This document shows positions 32,242 to 39,909 of a stretch of DNA of 44,654 nt, one piece after another. The number at the start of each line of letters is the position of its first letter. The first letter of the stretch is position 1. This stretch comes from a virus, in the IMG/VR virus record IMGVR_UViG_3300045988_143597; one strand, written 5' to 3'. The translations under genes and the position numbers were made by a program. Below the pieces are notes generated by a model. It was not told the origin of the DNA, ran no database searches, and saw only the letters and a program-made list of their open reading frames with translations.

Positions 32242-32706
32242 CTACTTTTTAAATTTCCGCATCCGCGCAACATGAGGGATCGGCATGTAACGCCCCTCCC
32301 CACCAGCGGAAAGACACGGCAAACCAGCATCAGCGCCACAGGACGGACACTCAACATCCAACGCTCCAACCTGCTCATAAACCGCTTTGACCGGCCCAGA
32401 TGTCCGACGCGGCGCAGCTCTAAGCTCAGCAAGAACCTTGCCCATGGACTGACGTTTTTGCAGATCACGCGCCATAGCAAGCACCGCACCCAGCGGGTTT
32501 AGCGGACGCTCCGCACTGCTCGCGTACACCAGCGGCGCCGCTTGAACAATCAACTCGCCAGGCAGCTGGCTTTGAGCAATTCCAGCGGCCCAAGCAGCGG
32601 TTTTAGCGTCCGCCTCGTCCTCCGACAACCCGGAAAACCGGGTGTCATACTCAGAAACCAGGGCCAATGCTCGCTCTGCCGTTTCCATCGGATCCATGCA
32701 GGTCAC
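32242..32706 (-). CDS. hypothetical protein with C-terminal zinc-ribbon-like CxxC...C motif
   Basis: 154-aa ORF. Contains ECPSCGADAGLPC. Confidence 0.55.
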   Translation of the reverse strand: MTCMDPMETAERALALVSEYDTRFSGLSEDEADAKTAAWAAGIAQSQLPGELIVQAAPLVYASSAERPLNPLGAVLAMARDLQKRQSMGKVLAELRAAPRRTSGPVKAVYEQVGALDVECPSCGADAGLPCLSAGGEGRYMPIPHVARMRKFKK

Positions 32707-33529
32707 GCCCCCTTTCCCTCGCTCGCCTCAAAAACACATTCCCGCCAGATTTCGCAGGCGCAACCAGCTGGTCATTCCACCCATCGCGGTTCAACCACGT
32801 CGCAGCATGCGGGATAAACCTCGGATCGGTTTTATGCTGCTCATGGTGCCTTTTCAAGGCAGCGACAGCGGCATCGAGTTCATCCTTGGACACCCGCTTA
32901 ACAGCCGCGTTCCATGCCTTGAGTGCAGCTCGCTTGCCGACCTTGCGCGGGTACTTGGAATAAAACTTTTCAAACTCCGGTGGATAACTCGCCGCCGATA
33001 CCGCGTTAGCGGTTGAGGCAGTCGGCTGTGCCGACGGCCTTGCGTCGCTGTCGTTGCGCTCGCCAGAATTTTCTTTTTTGAGTGTTTTTTCTTTCATGGA
33101 TGGTTTAAGGACGGTTTGGGGGTCATAGCTGTGACCCCCCGCTCGTTCACCGTATGACCCCCCGCTCGGTAGCGGCGGCTCAATCTGACCCCCCGCGTTT
33201 AGGGGTGATTTATGTCCATGATTTGACAAGTCCGGCTGCCGCATTTTTGCAAAATTCAAGTTCCAGACACGCGGTCGCTTATCGCGTCGGAGGTGATCCA
33301 CCAAACGCGGATCACCGGCGATGATCACACCACGCTCAGATAAAGCGCGGATCCGCCGCTTAACAGTTGCTACAGACACTTGGGCTGCGGCTGCGATTTT
33401 CTCCCTGGCCGGCCACGCTGCGGTGCCGTCATCGCTGGCATGATCAGCTAAAACAAGCAAAATAGCTTGCTCAGTTGGGTCATTGACAGGCGCATCATAC
33501 AGCGCCCAAAGCATCGCCCTAAGGCTCAT
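32651..33529 (-). CDS. winged-helix replication/replisome-organiser-like protein
   Basis: 292 aa. N-terminus LWALYDAPVNDPTEQAILLVLADHASDDGTAAWPAREKIAAAAQVSVATVKRRIRALSERGVI is a wHTH. Lies within the replication module. Confidence 0.55.
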   Translation of the reverse strand: MSLRAMLWALYDAPVNDPTEQAILLVLADHASDDGTAAWPAREKIAAAAQVSVATVKRRIRALSERGVIIAGDPRLVDHLRRDKRPRVWNLNFAKMRQPDLSNHGHKSPLNAGGQIEPPLPSGGSYGERAGGHSYDPQTVLKPSMKEKTLKKENSGERNDSDARPSAQPTASTANAVSAASYPPEFEKFYSKYPRKVGKRAALKAWNAAVKRVSKDELDAAVAALKRHHEQHKTDPRFIPHAATWLNRDGWNDQLVAPAKSGGNVFLRRARERGRDLHGSDGNGRASIGPGF

Positions 33530-33842
33530 CTCGTGGCGTCCTTTCTGTTAGTAGTGTTACGCCCTGTTGGACTCGAACGAATGCGGGGTTATCTGTCGAA
33601 CGGACTAGCCAGCCGTGGCTGTAACTGATAGCCGGGTGCATGTGAATCCACTCGTGGCAGCGGTGGCAAATAACCACACAGTTCTCCATGCTGTGCCGAC
33701 CTCCGTGTTTACGCAGTTGCCGGTGGTGGATGTGCTCAGCACGGCCAGTGCAACCAGCGTGTGGGATCATAACTTCGCAGATGCCGCGTGCACGCTCATG
33801 TAAGCGCATGGCGGTGCTTTGAGGGAATTTCTTAGTCACCAT
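33519..33842 (-). CDS. HNH endonuclease
   Basis: 107 aa. CEVMIPHAGCTGRAEHIHHRQLRKHGGRHSMENCVVICHRCHEWIH. Confidence 0.7.
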   Translation of the reverse strand: MVTKKFPQSTAMRLHERARGICEVMIPHAGCTGRAEHIHHRQLRKHGGRHSMENCVVICHRCHEWIHMHPAISYSHGWLVRSTDNPAFVRVQQGVTLLTERTPRDEP

Positions 33843-34192
33843 TCCCCCCGCCCCGCAACCGCGTACATGTTGCGCACTGAAGCGCCCACGGATTGCATGG
33901 CGCGCAGCTCGCTTTCCAGGGCTTTAGAGCGCCTGTCAGCATACTTATAGGCAGCATCAGCGACATCACGCGCTTTTCGCAGTTCCATGGTTTCAGCACG
34001 TGCCGTTTGTTTGCGGTCCTCCATGTTGCCTAGAGCCTTCAGGTAGGCGTGTGCCCACGCCTCATCGAAAGCACGATCAGCTGCTAGATACGCGCGATAA
34101 GCCTCATCGACGACATCAACACCCCTGCTGATCTGCGTAGCCAACTCCCTAATACGAGCTTCAACCTCGACAGGGTTCAGCGGCGCACTCAT
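33836..34192 (-). CDS. hypothetical coiled-coil protein
   Basis: 118-aa ORF with 4-nt and 7-nt overlaps to its neighbours. Confidence 0.6.
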   Translation of the reverse strand: MSAPLNPVEVEARIRELATQISRGVDVVDEAYRAYLAADRAFDEAWAHAYLKALGNMEDRKQTARAETMELRKARDVADAAYKYADRRSKALESELRAMQSVGASVRNMYAVAGRGEW

Positions 34193-34869
34193 TGGCCGCC
34201 CTTAAGCCGCTGCACAAGCTGCGTGTCATCGTTGATCCGATCTGCAAGCTGCCACACCTTACGGGCAGCCTCATCACCACTCGCCACCGAAATATCCACA
34301 CCACCACCTTCAGGAGTGATAGCAAACCTGGCAACCACACCGCGATCTAAGCCAACAGAATCACACGCTGCACCAAGTTTCGACTTCGCTTTATCCATAG
34401 GTGATTGCGCCGGTGGCCGCTGTGGCTGCGGAGGTTGAGCAGTAGGAACCTCCGGGTATTCAGCATCAGGATCTTTATCATCAGTAGGCAAACACAACAC
34501 CTGCAATAACGCCGTGCGAAACGCCACACTCATCACCTTCGCTGTCGCCTTATCCGCATAATCACGGGCCTCAGCAATAACCGTGGTCGTAAGAACATCC
34601 TCACTATCGCGAACATGGAAGTGATAGGCAACGACCGCACGCACTTCAATACTGACCCGCCCATTAGCCCCCGGTCGATCAATATAGGTGCGCTCAATAA
34701 CCTCAGGTACAGCAACGACACCATGCTTACGGAATGATGGACCAACAGCATTCATCACAGCATCAATACCACGAAAGTAAAACCTCTGCGCATCGTTGCG
34801 GTCGTTTTTTGCAACTGCCCGCACATCGTCCATGACGTGCGTCAATGCCTCAATGACGGTGGTAGGCAC
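34189..34869 (-). CDS. erf: ERF-family single-strand annealing recombinase
   Basis: 226 aa. VIEALTHVMDDVRAVAKNDRNDAQRFYFRGIDAVMNAVGPSFRKHGV matches the ERF N-terminal pattern. Confidence 0.65.
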   Translation of the reverse strand: MPTTVIEALTHVMDDVRAVAKNDRNDAQRFYFRGIDAVMNAVGPSFRKHGVVAVPEVIERTYIDRPGANGRVSIEVRAVVAYHFHVRDSEDVLTTTVIAEARDYADKATAKVMSVAFRTALLQVLCLPTDDKDPDAEYPEVPTAQPPQPQRPPAQSPMDKAKSKLGAACDSVGLDRGVVARFAITPEGGGVDISVASGDEAARKVWQLADRINDDTQLVQRLKGGQ

Positions 34870-35044
34870 GTGCCCGCTCCTCTTCTTCTAAATCATCTGC
34901 CACATCCGCCGCACGCCAGATATCATTAGCTAAATCGCGTGCAAACTCAGCGGCGATGATGGTTTCTTTTTGGTTGTTAATGGTGATACCGACAGATGCC
35001 TCACCCTCAACTAGGTAGGATGCGATGTCAGCTTCCATCGGCAT
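34850..35044 (-). CDS. hypothetical acidic protein (64 aa)
   Basis: ATG 35044 (MPMEADIAS...) preceded by GGAGG. The upstream part of the track ORF overlaps the previous gene out of frame. Confidence 0.5.
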   Translation of the reverse strand: MPMEADIASYLVEGEASVGITINNQKETIIAAEFARDLANDIWRAADVADDLEEEERARAYHRH

Positions 35045-35564
35045 TGCCAGCCTCCAGTTGTTTGACGTCCATGGTGGACAGTGCCTGGTTTGCAAGATCT
35101 GCAGCGCCCTCAGTGGGTTTGATTTGCAGATGCCCCGCTTTAATCTCGATTGTGTAGCCGGGCGGCAATTCGGAGCCTTCTTTGAAAGCTTCCAGTGCGC
35201 GGGCAGCTTGCTGGTTGAGATAGGTATCTTTAAGCACCTTGCGCAGATACCTCGGCGCATGTTCCTTCAACACATCAACGATCTCAGAGATGCACAAGTC
35301 ATCAATGACGTAAGTGAATGCATCTTCAGGCGCGTTCACGATCAGCGAGTGCAGATCTGCGATCACAGCTGTTGGCTTAGGTGACGTTTTCGTCACGGTG
35401 CCAAGTTTCACGCCCGCTGGCGTATGCGCAACCAGCCGGTCACCCTCGGACATGCCACTGTCGAGTGCAGCGCGGTATTCTTTGTGGACATCTTGCAGCT
35501 GGTTGAGCACAGCTCGCTGCAAAACTAGCTGGTTAATTTGCTCTCGTATGTTCATTCTTGTCAT
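35028..35564 (-). CDS. hypothetical protein
   Basis: ATG 35564 (MTRMNIREQ...) preceded by GGAAGGGG. 178 aa. Confidence 0.6.
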   Translation of the reverse strand: MTRMNIREQINQLVLQRAVLNQLQDVHKEYRAALDSGMSEGDRLVAHTPAGVKLGTVTKTSPKPTAVIADLHSLIVNAPEDAFTYVIDDLCISEIVDVLKEHAPRYLRKVLKDTYLNQQAARALEAFKEGSELPPGYTIEIKAGHLQIKPTEGAADLANQALSTMDVKQLEAGNADGS

Positions 35565-35850
35565 ATCCCCTTCCAAGGATCAGCGCCACTGATTTTTTGT
35601 GCTTTGGGCAAAAACATAAGCCCCACGATCCGGTGCCAATTTGGATACAATCGGGCCATAGGCAGGGCCGGTAAATGCGCTCACACAGTGGCGTATGTAT
35701 CCCCGATTTAGCGGCACAGAGTACATCCGTGGCGTTGTATTTCCACTCGCCATAGCGGTGGCGGAATGCCCTGATGTGCATATCGTTGTGATGTTTGCGC
35801 AGATATTCCCTCGGCACTTTCAGCACCTGAGTTGCGCGTTTTTCCGACAT
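35533..35850 (-). CDS. hypothetical Cys/His-rich protein
   Basis: ATG 35850 lies just after the upstream stop. Contains CERIYRPCLWPDC...CFCPKH. The start is uncertain (the track start is TTG at 35889). Confidence 0.5.
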   Translation of the reverse strand: MSEKRATQVLKVPREYLRKHHNDMHIRAFRHRYGEWKYNATDVLCAAKSGIHTPLCERIYRPCLWPDCIQIGTGSWGLCFCPKHKKSVALILGRGYDKNEHTRAN

Positions 35851-35857
35851 GTGAGTG

Positions 35858-36058
35858 TCATTGATCACGGCACCGCTCCAGTGCGACAAGCTCCCATAAT
35901 CGCAGCTTCTCCACCAATCTCAACAATGCGCGTCGTTCTTCAGCGCTCCACATAGATGATGCTGACGACATTTCCACTACACGCGCGGCGCGTATCAATG
36001 CCCACACAACCATTCCGGGAACAAACGGGTTAAACCTATCTGTCATGGTTACTTTCAT
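35858..36058 (-). CDS. hypothetical protein
   Basis: 66-aa ORF with a 4-nt overlap to the upstream gene. Confidence 0.5.
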   Translation of the reverse strand: MKVTMTDRFNPFVPGMVVWALIRAARVVEMSSASSMWSAEERRALLRLVEKLRLWELVALERCRDQ

Positions 36059-36246
36059 TCCACATCCTCATGTGTAGAGGAGATGTCGAAGCGCGCCAGC
36101 TCATCTTTGAGACAATTGAGCAGCAACGTCCATTGCTCGAATCGGAGATCAGTGGCATCACCGCTCAGGTAGATGGTGCCGTTCTCATAGAGGGTGAAAT
36201 GCGTGCCATTGATGCTGTGCGTGGCTAGGGGTTTAGGTACGGACAT
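36055..36246 (-). CDS. hypothetical protein
   Basis: ATG 36246 (MSVPKPLATH...) preceded by AGGAGA. 63 aa. Confidence 0.5.
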   Translation of the reverse strand: MSVPKPLATHSINGTHFTLYENGTIYLSGDATDLRFEQWTLLLNCLKDELARFDISSTHEDVE

Positions 36247-36257
36247 AGAGCTGTCTC

Positions 36258-36467
36258 CTAGGTGAGGTATTCGGATAGTCGATCGACGGGGATTTTGTAG
36301 GTTGAGTGCTTGCACCGCTGGGTGGCGAACGACTCTTCACGTGCGCAGCGCTGCCGTAGTCGGTTTGGTGACATGTTGACGATTTGGGCGAACTCATCAA
36401 CGGTTAAAAGTGCTGTCCTACGTCCAATAACTGCTTCTGTCAGGTCAATGAGTTGTTTGCGATTCAT
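36258..36467 (-). CDS. HTH DNA-binding protein (excisionase-like)
   Basis: ATG 36467 preceded by GGGAGG. LLTVDEFAQIVNMSPNRLRQRC is an HTH. Confidence 0.5.
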   Translation of the reverse strand: MNRKQLIDLTEAVIGRRTALLTVDEFAQIVNMSPNRLRQRCAREESFATQRCKHSTYKIPVDRLSEYLT

Positions 36468-36530
36468 TCCAGTGCCTCCCCTCATAGGTGTCGTGGTTGA
36501 GGTAGATCAAGATGGATAGTGCGGTGGCGA

Positions 36531-36761
36531 TCATTGGCGGCCATCCTTGAACAATTCCGGTACCTCGTTGCAGAAAACGCAGTCGCAGTGTTCGTCTTTC
36601 TTTTGTGCTTGTGCGATGGACTCAGCAACAGTGTTAGCGACAAGGGCTAATATGGCGCGTTTAGTTCGTAGTGTTTGAAGTTCAGCCCACATAACAGCTG
36701 CATATGTTGTGGTGAGTGCGATGGCACAGATAGCCAGCACTAGGACGGCGAAATTGAGCAT
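36531..36761 (-). CDS. small membrane protein
   Basis: ATG 36761 preceded by AGGAG. N-terminal TM helix MLNFAVLVLAICAIALTTTYAAVMW. Confidence 0.55.
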   Translation of the reverse strand: MLNFAVLVLAICAIALTTTYAAVMWAELQTLRTKRAILALVANTVAESIAQAQKKDEHCDCVFCNEVPELFKDGRQ

Positions 36762-36836
36762 GTTTACTCCTATGTTGTGGTGTTGTTTTGCTTGCTGGGG
36801 ATATGCCATAACAGTTCACAGCGATATATCCCCTCG

Positions 36837-36861
36837 TGTCCCCTGCCGGAGTTGAACCGGC
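36837..36861 (-). other. tRNA 3'-end-like fragment (T-arm + acceptor strand)
   Basis: Minus strand: GCCGG-TTCAACT-CCGGC-AGGGGAC-A. No matching 5' half at tRNA distance. Confidence 0.45.
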
Positions 36862-36967
36862 GGCGTGCGTTTGCGCCGTTATCTGAACGGCACGTGTTTA
36901 CTGAAACCGCATCCGTAGAAAATTGGATAAAAAAATACGCACGTGGCGGCCTGCGCCGGGGACATGT

Positions 36968-37005
36968 GGCCCCGCTAATGGGGCCGGTGGATTTGTTTTG
37001 TTTTT
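36968..37005 (+). terminator. plus-strand-oriented intrinsic terminator in a minus-strand gene region
   Basis: GGCCCC-gctaat-GGGGCC followed by ggtggaTTTGTTTTGTTTTT. Confidence 0.45.
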
Positions 37006-37233
37006 CCAGAGGACGTGTGCCATTACCTCACCATATGGTGGTTCCTACATGCCTGTTTGCGCTTAACCAAGCCTTTGCGAGAGGGTGGGATTTATGCCGT
37101 CATCACGACGGCCAGCGCCTGTATCTCACACGTCCTATATATTCAGTTATTCAAAGAACACGACACTGTTGTGTCTCGTGTGCGCCCGGGGGATTGCACC
37201 CCGGCTACTGCCCTACTAGGGGCGCACTGCCAC

Positions 37234-37353
37234 TTAAACCAGGGCAGGTAGGTGGATCAATAGGTCAATGAGACCGATGATGAGGATGGTTAGAAGGATG
37301 GTGTCGAACACAACACCGGGGGTCGTGTAGTCACGCCAGGTAGGTTTGTCCAT
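37234..37353 (-). CDS. small membrane protein (39 aa), chimeric paralogue of 38387-38497 and 38297-38383
   Basis: Hand translation: MDKPTWRDYTTPGVVFDTILLTILIIGLIDLLIHLPALV*. The ATG lies 2 nt after the ant stop. Confidence 0.5.
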   Translation of the reverse strand: MDKPTWRDYTTPGVVFDTILLTILIIGLIDLLIHLPALV

Positions 37354-37355
37354 AA

Positions 37356-38144
37356 CTAGCCCCTACCCGTCACAGTGACGTCACCGCTAGGGGGTAAGTC
37401 AAGGAGGCTCGGCGGGTCGATACGATCCAACCCCAATTTGCGGCGGATAAAATCAACCCCGGACGGCTGCACGTAGGTTGTGTAGCGAATGACCTGTTCC
37501 CCATTCGAGCGCTCGAAGGTATATGCCTTGACCTCAAAGTGCTGCATGTACTTCTGGTACGGGGTATTTGCATTTGCGCCCTTTGCGATGAACACACCAC
37601 GGTTACGCAGCTCTTTAAACAGCTTGTTTTGCCCCATGCCCAACATCTTTGCCACCGTTCCGACGTTGTATTTGCCTGTAGCGTCAATGAACGTGTCGTA
37701 AGCGTCGGCCTTTGGCTCAAGTTCTTTGTTCTTAGCTTCCAGGGCGAGGCGTTCTTCTTCGGCGTTCAACGCGATACGGAGAATCTCAGCGCGGGTGAGA
37801 TCGGCGGGGCTGAATTGATTTGCGTTGTAGGACCCGGTGCGACGAATCTGCGGCAAAACCTCCTCAAACACCCAGCGCTCAAACCGTTGAGCCGCTGGCA
37901 ACTTAGAAGAGACGATCAAGCGCATAACGTCCGGCTCGGTGATGAACTTTGCCTGTTGCTCACGACCAAGGCTGTCTAAGATGGGTCGGTAAATCACCGA
38001 CCCACGCACATGTTGGGCAATAGCGTCAGCGGTTCGCTTGTAGCCCAACGCTTCAGCGACATCGCGGCCGCAAAACCACTCCCCGTGTTCATCTACGAAT
38101 GTGCGGACGGGGCTGTGATCGAAGTTGAAAGTCTGTAGTTCCAT
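37356..38144 (-). CDS. antirepressor (Bro-N domain + KilAC/ANT-type C-terminal domain)
   Basis: N-terminus FNFDHSPVRTFVDEHGEWFCGRDVAEALGY is Bro-N-like. C-terminus GTVAKMLGMGQNKLFKELRNRGV is KilAC-like. Confidence 0.75.
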   Translation of the reverse strand: MELQTFNFDHSPVRTFVDEHGEWFCGRDVAEALGYKRTADAIAQHVRGSVIYRPILDSLGREQQAKFITEPDVMRLIVSSKLPAAQRFERWVFEEVLPQIRRTGSYNANQFSPADLTRAEILRIALNAEEERLALEAKNKELEPKADAYDTFIDATGKYNVGTVAKMLGMGQNKLFKELRNRGVFIAKGANANTPYQKYMQHFEVKAYTFERSNGEQVIRYTTYVQPSGVDFIRRKLGLDRIDPPSLLDLPPSGDVTVTGRG

Positions 38145-38296
38145 TGTTGAATCTCCTATCTAAGTGGCTGGTTCAGAAACAACGGTTTCCATCTAGGGGT
38201 TGAAGTTGAAATCGAAGCCGGTGAGTGCGCTTACTCACATCGACATTGGGAGTCCTGCGAGCGCCCCGGCGATAGCCCTACAGGGGCGCACTGTCC

Positions 38297-38383
38297 TTAA
38301 ACCAGGGCGGGCAGGTGGGTTAGTAGCTCGATGAGGGCGATAAAGCCGTCTAGGTAGTCGAGGGGTGTGAGGGTTTCATTCAT
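38297..38383 (-). CDS. possible small protein (28 aa)
   Basis: MNETLTPLDYLDGFIALIELLTHLPALV*. The C-terminus is shared with 37234-37353. Confidence 0.35.
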   Translation of the reverse strand: MNETLTPLDYLDGFIALIELLTHLPALV

Positions 38384-38386
38384 GTG

Positions 38387-38497
38387 TCATGCTCCTAAAG
38401 CGGCGGCCCCGAAAATCAAGCCGATAATTAGAATGGTTAGAAGGATGGTGTCGAACACGGCACCGGGGGTTGTGTAATCTCGCCAGGTGGGTTTCAT
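38387..38497 (-). CDS. small membrane protein (36 aa)
   Basis: MKPTWRDYTTPGAVFDTILLTILIIGLIFGAAALGA*. ATGA overlap with the Cro-like stop. Confidence 0.5.
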   Translation of the reverse strand: MKPTWRDYTTPGAVFDTILLTILIIGLIFGAAALGA

Positions 38498-38727
38498 GCT
38501 GCTGAGCTTTCGATGGTTGGGGTGTCTAGTACGAGGATCTTGCTGGGGCGGGCACCCAACCGAGCGAGAGCACCCAAAACCGAAGCTGAAGGTTGACGAT
38601 GCTTAAGCACCGCAGACCATGTATTCCTGCTAACACCGGTCTTTTCCGCAAGGTCTTTAGTTGTTTCGATGTGATGTGCCCGCTTTACGCGGTCAACCTC
38701 ATCTAAAGAGATAAGAAAACTTGTCAT
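38494..38727 (-). CDS. Cro-like XRE-family HTH regulator
   Basis: ATG 38727 preceded by GAGAAAGG. TKDLAEKTGVSRNTWSAVLKHRQ is an HTH. Divergent from the repressor gene. Confidence 0.7.
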   Translation of the reverse strand: MTSFLISLDEVDRVKRAHHIETTKDLAEKTGVSRNTWSAVLKHRQPSASVLGALARLGARPSKILVLDTPTIESSAA

Positions 38728-38756
38728 TTTGTAGCCTTTCTCGCTTACATGACAAG

Positions 38757-38785
38757 AGTTTAGGTCACTTTGCAAGCCCCCGCAA
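38757..38785 (-). promoter_or_regulatory. candidate early (leftward) promoter
   Basis: Minus strand: TTGCGG (38780-38785), 17-nt spacer, TAAACT (38757-38762). Confidence 0.35.
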
Positions 38786-38840
38786 GTTTTAAAGGTAGAA
38801 AAATTGGTCAACCCTTAAAGAAATGCAGGTAATTGTGGAC

Positions 38841-38869
38841 TTGATGCACAAAAAATTGTGCACTATACT
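38841..38869 (+). promoter_or_regulatory. candidate repressor promoter giving a leaderless mRNA
   Basis: TTGATG (38841-38846), 17-nt spacer, TATACT (38864-38869). The repressor ATG lies at 38877, 8 nt after the -10. Confidence 0.5.
38845..38862. promoter_or_regulatory. palindromic operator candidate TGCACAA-aaaa-TTGTGCA
   Basis: Perfect 7-bp inverted repeat inside the promoter spacer. A related half-site AATTGTGGAC lies at 38831-38840. Confidence 0.5.
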
Positions 38870-38876
38870 GAACGGC

Positions 38877-39470
38877 ATGACAGATCCACGAGAAGTTTTT
38901 AAGTCACTTACTGGCAAACGAGTTACGTCCGTTGACATCGCGGAAATGTTGGACGTCAGCCGAAATACAGTCCAAACATGGATCAAAGAAGGGTTCGCCG
39001 CAGATGAAATCATCAAGGTCGCTCGGGAACTCAACATCAACCCCGCCGAAGCTCTAGTTGAACTTGGAAAACTCACAGCAAAAGAGGTCACCGACTTCAT
39101 CGAAGGTGGCGGCACTTTGCTTGAATTGGCAAGCCTTGAGGCCCTGATCCAACAACTTGCAAAGGTCGGACTAAATGCGGAGGAACTGGCCGAGCTGTCA
39201 AGCGACGGGCTACAGCGCCTAGAGAAAAAGTGGGAGCTTCAGCTCAAAGAATTGAAAGAATCAAACACCGAAAACACGCAGGCCAACATGGCCGACGTCG
39301 CACACCTGGACGAAAAGCGCAACACAACTGTCCAGCCCGGCCAGTACGATCCAGAGCACGAAAACGCGGTAGATCTAGCAACCTCAGACCCAGGCGAAAT
39401 CGCAGCCGACGGTTCAATCAACGAAACCGACGCCGCATACGACGAACAAGACACAGACAACGCCCGCTAA
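38877..39470 (+). CDS. ImmR/CI-like HTH repressor
   Basis: MTDPREVFKSLTGKRVTSVDIAEMLDVSRNTVQTWIKEG is an HTH. Acidic C-terminal tail. First gene of the immR-immA-int-like operon. Confidence 0.7.
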   Translation: MTDPREVFKSLTGKRVTSVDIAEMLDVSRNTVQTWIKEGFAADEIIKVARELNINPAEALVELGKLTAKEVTDFIEGGGTLLELASLEALIQQLAKVGLNAEELAELSSDGLQRLEKKWELQLKELKESNTENTQANMADVAHLDEKRNTTVQPGQYDPEHENAVDLATSDPGEIAADGSINETDAAYDEQDTDNAR

Positions 39471-39488
39471 CACAGAAAGGAACCATCG

Positions 39489-39881
39489 TTGAGACTAACG
39501 ACGGACAACCTCTACACCCTCGCCGAACAACACAATATCCACATCAGCTGGCGAACCAACCTCCCCCACAAAGGCATCTGGATCCCCAACCTCCACACCA
39601 TCGTCCTCAACAACCACATCCACGGCCCCGACCTCCGCTGCACACTAGCCCACGAACTAGCCCACGCACTCCACAACCACCCACCAGGCCACCACCCCCA
39701 CAACGAACGTCAAGCAGACGAAACTGCAGCCACATGGCTCATCACCCCCACCGAATACGCACTAGCAGAAAAAATCTACGGACCACACATCGCCGACATA
39801 GCCCAAGAACTCGAAGTCACCATGCACATGGTAAAAACCTGGCGAAAAATGGCCGCCCGAAAACGACTACAGCCAAAATAA
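39489..39881 (+). CDS. ImmA/IrrE-family metallopeptidase
   Basis: TTG start preceded by AAAGGA. HEXXH motif in CTLAHELAHALHNH. 130 aa. Confidence 0.7.
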   Translation: MRLTTDNLYTLAEQHNIHISWRTNLPHKGIWIPNLHTIVLNNHIHGPDLRCTLAHELAHALHNHPPGHHPHNERQADETAATWLITPTEYALAEKIYGPHIADIAQELEVTMHMVKTWRKMAARKRLQPK

Positions 39882-39909
39882 CCACCCAACACACCAAAGG
39901 TCTCCAACC

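Noticed and set aside
36777-37271. 164-aa plus-strand ORF in the gene-free region.
   Set aside because: It has no RBS and an odd composition. It runs straight through several hairpins and a terminator, and overlaps the minus-strand small ORF. The region is better described as non-coding.
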